A stretch of DNA of 63,311 bases, counting the filler, from Octopus bimaculoides (Eukaryota), in NCBI RefSeq assembly GCF_001194135.2. It is 12 parts of 11 records of this genome, joined end to end, with 100 filler letters (N's around TTAATTAATTAA, not from the genome) between each part and the next. Parts side by side here need not be neighbours in the genome. Positions count along the whole stretch, not along the records: positions 53,939 to 58,345 come from NC_068983.1; positions 58,446 to 61,986 come from NC_069002.1; positions 62,087 to 63,311 come from NC_068981.1; 9 more parts are not named here. The stretch is one strand, 5' to 3'. The notes beneath the pieces are model-generated. The model did no database searches. It saw only the letters and a program-made list of their open reading frames with translations, and was not told the DNA's origin. Both the position numbers and the translations under genes were made by a program. Shown here piece by piece: positions 55,363-63,311 of this stretch; positions within the stretch are counted from its first letter, which is position 1; each line of letters opens with the position of its first letter.

Positions 55363-55365
<3 letters not shown>
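54200..55365 (-). mobile_element. Penelope-like element, RT thumb plus GIY-YIG (fourth family)
   Basis: LPFLDILIKK…YYKPTDSKQYLPFNSCHPKHTRMNIPFNLAKRIC…RKRQPKSMKSLL; NFTCTSENLIYILTCSGCQEQYIGQTKNSLCQRMALHKSQI; 5' end at a TG/TC microsatellite. Confidence 0.93.
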
Positions 55366-55396
<31 letters not shown>

Positions 55397-56592
55397 AGAA
55401 AAAGTATATCACCTGTTGTCAATCACTCAAGTAGCCATTTCAAAATGTTCTAAAATTTCATATTCCTTAGCCGAAATATCGTATGTTTTGTTCCTTCGCG
55501 TGAAGGGTATAATAGCATTATACTATTATTCAGATTACGAGACAGTATTTCTATAGATATTATTTAATATTCAGCCATATATCAGAGATATTGAATTGAT
55601 TTAACTTATATTACTGAAAAACTATCATTGAACAAACCACATATTACGTTCTTATATGACAACCAATTAATTCTTCTGTATTTGCTTATCGTGTATTCAT
55701 ATGAATTGTAATTTTGACTCTGTAAAGTATTGTGGTACAGGACTTAATAATGTTTCATTGACAGTTTGATTCCGTTAATAATTCTAATATTATCATCTCT
55801 CATTCTTAGACTCTTTAAGAAATATAGAATAAGTCTATATATTCTATATATCATTCTTATGCAAGTATATTCATATGATTTCTATTAAGGCAAAATGTTG
55901 CCTTAAAAGATTAAGTACATGGAAGAAATGCCGGCACCTTGTTTCAATTCTCATATATTCTACTCAGAACTAAAGTATTAGTAGTTGTAAATTATAAACC
56001 CATAGTCTTCTTTTCAATTATTATATTGACATACTGTTGATTTAAACTGTAAAATATGGTCAACTTTCCCTCTCCATAATTCACAATATTATTGTTTGGT
56101 TTAATGAGAGTATTTCTAAATTTGATAAACAATTTCCATTGCATCTATTTATTATAGACACTCACAAATATGTGTGATGACAAATAGTATTTTGTAATTC
56201 AAATTTTTTTTCAGATTTCTCTTTCGATATACTTTATCAATTTTAGTAGAAATCTTCCATGGTAATTAACTAAACATGGTAATTAACTAAACATGAAGCT
56301 TATAGTAAGCATCTGATATACAATATATATATTTTTAAACGTATATCAATATCATTATATTCAATAAATTAACAGTTTCAATTTACTTGAAGCTAAATTC
56401 GAGTATCTAAGAATGATGTGATATAAACAATAAGTAAATTCATTGATTAACGCTAAATTCTGCGAATATTTTTATGATATTACTTCGAAATATGCTTTGC
56501 TTTTTGTTATTTTTATGATATGAATATTTGCTGACATTCAGTCTGATGAAGACACAAATTAAAAACTCGTGTACAAGAATATTCTTAACGTA

Positions 56593-57578
56593 CAAGGAAA
56601 AGTGAAAAATTATGAGTACGTTTGTCAAAACATTTATTTTAGGTTGGGCTACAATACCTCCAGCGCTCGTACGATAAAATGTAGTAATCATTAGGTTTTG
56701 CAGACCGAGATTAGATTTTCTTTTCTTTCTTACTCTACGGAGTAAAAACGAGCGCTCTGCGGGCAGTGTGCACTAAAGAAAAAGAAACATATTTGATTGG
56801 ATTTCCCTGCATCAGGGATGAAATTCATCGCAAGATTTACGTACAATTCCAGGGAGAGCGGTCTACCACGTAGAAGTGAAAAGGAGTGGATCGAAGTACT
56901 TAAAAATAGATTGAGAAGCACGGAGCCGAAGGTAAAGGAAGAAACCTATCAATCTCTATGAGACATGGACACATGACATTGAGTCAGAAACCAACAAGCA
57001 AAGTATGGAGTGAAAACATCCGTAATCATCATTGGAAAAGAAGCTCAAAACTCGATCTTCTGCAGAAAAAGTGGTGCTAACCGGTTGTTGGTACGCAAAG
57101 GGCCTATACTTGAGCATTTCATAGCAAAAGGTGTCTGAGTCACCAGAGTAGGATACAGTGAAAAGCAGGTCGAAACAAAAATAGTATTTCACACCTCACG
57201 TCAAAGTTTATTTTCAGAGAAAATGTTATGGATGCACAACAATACACGTCCACAGCATTCAGCACGGTGTAACATAGGGATTCAGGTTGCCGGAATACAT
57301 TGCGCACACTACAGATTCCGCTTTCTCCGACTATTATCTCTCTGGACCACTTAATCATTTACTGTGAAGTCGTCGATTTACTACCGATGAAGAATAACAA
57401 GACGTAGTACATAAATTGCTGCGCGACTTGTCGGAAAACTTCACAGGTAGGATAAGCAAGCTTGTGGATCGTTGCTAGAAGTTCAAGTAAAGAGAAAAAT
57501 GATGAATTTGCTCAACCGCTGCTTTTGATTTAATAAATTATAGAAGCAAAAGTGCGTATAAGTTTTGACTTACCCTCC
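56593..57578 (+). mobile_element. Old mariner-like transposon relic, internally deleted
   Basis: TA-flanked degenerate TIRs (CAAGGAAAAGTGAAAAATTATGAGTAC / GTGCGTATAAGTTTTGACTTACCCTCC); fragments VCTKE…EIHRK, ETWTHDIESETNKQSME*KHP…KTRSSAEKVVLT, HNNTRP, RRFTTDEE*QDVVHKLLR…ISKLVDRC. Confidence 0.8.
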
Positions 57579-58154
57579 TATATTTACATGACGCAAATAT
57601 TAAGTGATATAAAACTCAGTTCGTTTGGAATAGTGGATAGATGCCCTTGTTAACATCAAATGCTAGTAATCTAAACTTTATTCTGCACTTGGCTAGGTTA
57701 TTCAGGAATGAGGAAGATCACAAGCCTCCAGATGTGGTAAACATAATATATAATATATATGATATAATGTAATATAATATATATACAAACGAATGGTAAA
57801 AAAAGCTATAATGAATGCACAGTCGAACGGAAAACCGTATATTGCATGTAGCAACGGACGGGTGATAGACACAGAAGGGTCCTAATTCGTCATTAGTTAC
57901 CAACCAGATGGTATTACTCAGTTTCTCACCATTATATATAGGGATGAGTGGACAAACGAAAGAAGGATCAAGACAATTCGATACAAATTCGTTGATACGC
58001 CGAGTTTCAAGCGCGAAGCTAGTCTACAGCCATTTTGATTTTGTATGAAAGAATTTGATAGTTATTACCGTAAGGAGGGCTGTGATGGGTCGAAGAAGGC
58101 CCCGTGGCGTCGTGGTTAGATGTTGGAATATCGGTATACCAGCGACAACTGTTA

Positions 58155-58253
58155 GTTGGAAAATACTACATGGTGAACAGTAAATCGGCTGCTTGGTGGC
58201 GAGGAAATCCACAACGTGGTCGGTTACATATTCGCCGTGCAGTATTTTCCAAC
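58155..58253 (+). other. 99-nt imperfect hairpin (candidate pri-miRNA or structured RNA)
   Basis: About 40 bp of pairing by hand, including 6 G.U pairs on the + strand; 9-nt loop CGAGGAAAT. Confidence 0.45.
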
Positions 58254-58445
58254 ATGAAAACACATCACATGATTTTCTTTTTTCTATCATACAATAAAAC
58301 TGACGGCGTATTTGATGACACTGGTATGCCTACACCCCCCCCCCCNNNNNNNNNNNNNNNNNNNNNNNNNNNNNNNNNNNNNNNNNNNNTTAATTAATTA
58401 ANNNNNNNNNNNNNNNNNNNNNNNNNNNNNNNNNNNNNNNNNNNN

Positions 58446-58481
<36 letters not shown>

Positions 58482-58800
58482 TATATAAACATATATATAT
58501 AGAGAGAGATAGATCAATATATACTAAGTGCAATGAGTAACTATGTACATATATATATATATATATACATGCACATAATTACATAATACACTTTGAATGT
58601 ATACACACATATACACACCTATATGCACTAAGTGCATTGGTGTAATGGTGTTGATATACTTGCTCATGGTGTGTTTGTGTGTGTACATAAGCATATATAC
58701 ATATATACACATATAGCCACACACACACAGACGTATATATACTTATATAGACTTACACACACATGCACGTGATTACACAATGCACTTAGTTTCTCCTGGA

Positions 58801-58834
<34 letters not shown>

Positions 58835-60399
58835 ATGTATAAAAAAAGAAGACATTAGTCTTTCCAGGAAATATCATCTGCATGTGAGGAAATGCTTATC
58901 TTCCCCTATTGCTTAATAAATAATTCATTTTCTAATGCAATTATCAACATTCTGCTATTTATTAAAAGATTCTTTTCTATAGTTGTCCTGCGCAACAACA
59001 AACAGAGGATACTGGGCAGTTGTTTTTTTGGGTTTTGTTCAGTTGTTTTCTTCCTTTGTACTTTATTTTGAGGATTTTTTCTGTTTTTTTTTTTTGTTTA
59101 TGCTATCGAGTTTTGTTTGAAAATGTCAACTTCATTTGTCTATGTTCTTATTGATCTCAACCTCAAAATAACTATTGTTTTTCTTCTTTGTTTTTGTTTT
59201 TTGTCTTTTGCCATACAATACACAACACAAGATGAAACAATTATTAAAAGCTCTGCTAATGAATTAAGGAATCAATGCCCAACACAAGCATTTGATTGAA
59301 TCAAGAAGAATACACACACACACAAACACATACACACACACAAAGAAATTTCTAATATATTGCCAGACATCTCAGTACTATACAGTTTTTTTCTTTCTCA
59401 ATGCTTAACATCAAAAAGAAAGAGAGATAAAGTGGTGGAGGTAAAGAGCCTCCTTATCACACCATATTACACAAATTACTCGTACCAACAAAAATACTGT
59501 GATGATATGATAAAGCCAAAAACAGCTTTAGAATACCAAACTAAATAGTTGAGATTTGTTTAGGTTTTCATTTAATAATTCCTAAGAGACATCAAGTTTC
59601 TGTGGTTGTGCGATTATAGATTAAGTTTTCACCAGATTTACACAAGATTCAGACACACGTCAGAGAAGAGACTTATTGAAACATACTAAGATAACCATTG
59701 CTGACAATTTTGCTACTTAAATTGCTGTGATGAGAAGTAATAAGATATGAGCTTCATAATTTAATATCTCTCAGACATTGCTTATTTACTTACGTACTTG
59801 CCTGCTTACTACTTTCGGACCGATCCTTCTTCCTTTGACAAGAATATCGACAAAAGACAAACTAAACAATCTCTGTTCAAATCCTAAACGATGACTATTG
59901 AACTGGGTATTAAATGTAGCAACAACAAACGACATAATTTAGCCCAATTGGCTCCTCTTGAAAATATAATCCTAACAAACAGAAAACAATGGCTTAAAAA
60001 TCTCCTGATTTACTCTTGTCTGACAACATCCAGCGGTAATATTTGTAATATAGATATTATACCGATATCGAATTTTATGTTTTATACTGCTCTTTAGGTA
60101 GGTAGGGCTAACGTTAATGCATCACCTTAAAAATTAAACGTTTATTATCACTTAATATCCTGCTTATAGATGAATCTTAGAATTTGTTGTACATTTTATG
60201 ATTTTAAACTGTGAAAGAGAGAAAGAGACAGACAGATACAGCCAGACAGAGACAGACAGAAATAGAGAGACAGACAGAAATAGAGAGACAGACAGAAATA
60301 GAGAGACAAACAGAAATAGAGAGACAAACAGACAGAGTGCATATTTGCATGTCTAAACATTAAACAAGTATCTACAAAAAAATTACATCTGAACAGAGC

Positions 60400-60920
60400 T
60401 AAGGAGGAAGCCTTCACATGGTCACTCAAACTGCTAAGAACAACAACCAAATCTCCCTCAAACTTTTCAGTCCCACTGTTTAGCCTGATTCAGTGCCACA
60501 TCTATTCATCCATTCATGGATGTTGATATGACTGAAATGTTGCTCCGTCAACACATTCGTCTGGCATTAGAGGCCTTTTACTGTTAGCTGAGTCTGAAAG
60601 GAACTATTTCTAAACACAAGGCATCTAGAGGAAGGGGCAGAGCCTGTAATCTTTGCAGGTCCTCTAAGTCTAGTGAGGATGATGCCATTTAGGTTCTGTT
60701 TAAACTATTGCAGGTTAGACATGAGCAGAAAGAAGATTCTAAGGGGATGATATTCTGGGGGATGAAGGATTGAGTGTAGTGGCTAGTGCAAGGAAATGAG
60801 GGTTAAATGTACCAAGGGTGACACATAGTGGAAAGACAACTGGGTTAGAGGTCCCTAAGTGGCGGAGTTATGAGACCCAACAGCTCTCAACAAGCGGAGG
60901 CCATTGCATAGTACAACAAA
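60400..60920 (-). mobile_element. Possible highly decayed LINE relic (CR1/L2-like)
   Basis: Non-repetitive block with higher GC and weak endonuclease/linker-like peptides (e.g. SSLDL); no clean motif. Confidence 0.25.
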
Positions 60921-62107
60921 ATCTTCATTTTTTTGTTTTTGTCTTTGGTCAGTCAGTGTTATTTCCTGTTTGTTTCTATCTAGAAATCTAACAAAATGAC
61001 TACTATTCCCTTCAAACTTTACTTTTGTAACCACCTAGACATCAAGGTTTCGAAGCTGACTTATTTTCCATTACATTTCAGACAGATTCAGTGCTGAGTT
61101 GCTGAAGCGGAAATATCATTATAGCAAATATCCTGCTCAATACTAAAGGTTTGTTTGTCAGTTGCTTGACCTTAACCAGTTGAGCATGTCCCTTAGTGGC
61201 TGACAATATGTGCATCTCTAATCATGAGCTGGATGGTGGAGGAGAAGTATAGCCATGTGTTGAGAGGTATTCTTTGTGGTTTGAATAAATGTAACAAAAG
61301 CACAATTGGAAGGAAATATTAGACATTTTTCATAATTGTTAGGGGTAAGCAAATAGGGAATAACAGTGGCTAGCCAAAGACAAAAATTGTGTTATACAGT
61401 GTTATAGTCATGATAGAACAGATAAAGAGAAGAAACAGCATACCTTCACACTTAAAAACATTACTACCTCTATAAAACAAATAAGAGAACATTTTTACAA
61501 AATGAGTGGGTGTGCATGTGTCTATATCTATCTATCTATCTATCTATTATCTATCTATCTATATATATATATAAGTCAGTAAATATTGGGGTTGTGTTAA
61601 TCGCATGTGGAGAAATAATAGGAAAATGAAAAATAATAATAAGGCAGAATGCTAAACTGGAAGCATATTTTAATAAAGATTTCTAACCGGCTTTTCATTG
61701 CATAGCAAATTTTCAAGAAGAGGGAGAATGAAAATGTTTTTTACAAAGAAGTACAAAATGAAGAAAATAATATATTAAAAAAATAACTATACCAATACAT
61801 TATATTGTCTTTGAGCTTTTGAAATTCAATGGTAATTCATGTAGATAATGGTTGGAAAAATAAGGATGCATGAGAATTGAGATTTGTGTTAGGTTTTAAA
61901 AAAAGGAGCTAAAAGTTTGTGTTAAGCAGGAAATGTGGTGTCAAAACAGGAAGTGTGTGTAAGGGGAGACAAATCTTTTTAGTTGGNNNNNNNNNNNNNN
62001 NNNNNNNNNNNNNNNNNNNNNNNNNNNNNNTTAATTAATTAANNNNNNNNNNNNNNNNNNNNNNNNNNNNNNNNNNNNNNNNNNNNGAAAGCCGCGTGAA
62101 TGGATTT

Positions 62108-62310
62108 GGCAGATGGAAACTGAAAGAAATCCGTCGTATGAAAGCGTAAGCATGTCTTTGTGCCTGTGTTTGTTCCCCACTACCACTTGACAACCAGAGT
62201 TGGTTTGTTTATGTCCTCGTAAACTAGCGGTTCGGCAAAAATATCGGATAGAAGGCAGCGTCACAAGCGTGGCTGCAGTCTAATGATTGAAACAAGTAAA
62301 ATATAAAAGA
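62108..62310 (+). mobile_element. SINE family 1, partial
   Basis: GGATTTGGCAGATGGAAACTGAAAGAA…CTAGCGGTTCGGCAAAA…ATGATTGAAACAAGTAAAA. Confidence 0.75.
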
Positions 62311-62312
62311 TA

Positions 62313-62343
<31 letters not shown>

Positions 62344-62510
62344 CGTAAGTACGTATGTATGTATGTATGTATATATGTATGTATGTCATTATTCAGTTTA
62401 TTTCAAGATTTCTTGCTAATAGAGAAAGAATCGGTTTCTAACCTAGATTCATTGGAATTTCAACATCAACAACAGGATACTTTTGTTTGTTTGTATGTAT
62501 GTATGTTTGT

Positions 62511-62582
<72 letters not shown>

Positions 62583-62989
62583 TCGGGCGGTTACCTCAGA
62601 CACACGAACGTTAGGGATTTGAGTGACTCATTATATAATATATAATTACATATTTTGTTATTGATATGACAATGTCACTGCTCTTTGTAATACTTTCATG
62701 CGTGTTATATGATTTATCATACCTACGTTATGGAAACGATCGTACACCGTGGAATTCTCCATTTGTTTCGCACACACACACACAGATACACACACGCACA
62801 CACACACATGCACGCACACACACTCGCTCGCTCGCACACACACACACACACACTCGCGCGCGCGCACACGTACGCACACACACACACAACCAATGAAATT
62901 CCGACTAAATTTGATTTTCACGTTTAATTGTTTAGCAATCAATTTCATTGATTAATATATTCTTCTTTACGCAATCATACAAACTCGGA

Positions 62990-63058
<69 letters not shown>

Positions 63059-63062
63059 CATA

Positions 63063-63311
63063 GATAATTTTCGGCCCATCACTCTGCTCAACGCAGATTT
63101 GAAAATTTTGGCCAAAGTGTTAGCCGAGAGGTTGGCGCTTGTCATCGAGAAACTAGTCGACAGGGCGCAGACGTGCGCCGTGCCGGGTAGGAGTATCCAT
63201 GACAACCTGCATCTGATCCGCTACATCATGGACAGGGTAGTTAAGGAACCTGGCATGGGTGGGGCGCTGATCAATTTGGATCAATCAAAAGCCTTCGATA
63301 GGGTAGAACAT
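63063..63311 (+). mobile_element. Tx1/L1-clade RT, intact-looking fragment running off the window end
   Basis: DNFRPITLLNADLKILAKVLAERLALVIEKLVDRAQTCAVPGRSIHDNLHLIRYIMDRVVKEPGMGGALINLDQSKAFDRVEH; starts at an (ATCT)n tract. Confidence 0.93.

Noticed and set aside
56600-57580. CpG-rich stretch first read as a host promoter or CpG island
   Set aside because: Explained by a decayed mariner transposase with TIRs

Overview
AT-rich, gap-ridden eukaryotic DNA dominated by microsatellites and retroelements. The SINE families and repeat landscape point to an octopus genome (inference). Eleven 100-bp N44-TTAATTAATTAA-N44 spacers are assembly joins, so long-range adjacency is unreliable, and most ORFs in the supplied track are microsatellite or N artefacts. 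Recognisable content: five Penelope-like element (PLE) relics with RT and/or GIY-YIG domains; fragments of Tx1/L1, RTE and R4/Dong LINEs; two Tc1/mariner relics (one with DD41D spacing); about 25 tRNA-derived SINE copies from at least three families; one full-length U6 snRNA retrocopy; and one well-supported host exon (48470-48620, minus) in a CpG-poor block. The most interesting signals are RNA-level. (1) The U6 copy is fused head-to-tail to a full-length SINE inside one candidate 14-bp TSD. (2) Several unrelated, microsatellite-embedded short elements carry type I hammerhead ribozyme (HHR) folds, including a highly structured, non-coding, retrozyme-like unit of about 255 bp (29448-29703) and an HHR with a 62-nt stem II insert just upstream of the U6 chimera. 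(3) A palindromic PLE of about 2.2 kb has an HHR in each arm. (4) There is an isolated 99-nt hairpin with strand-biased G.U pairs. All folds and translations were done by eye and need computational and experimental confirmation.
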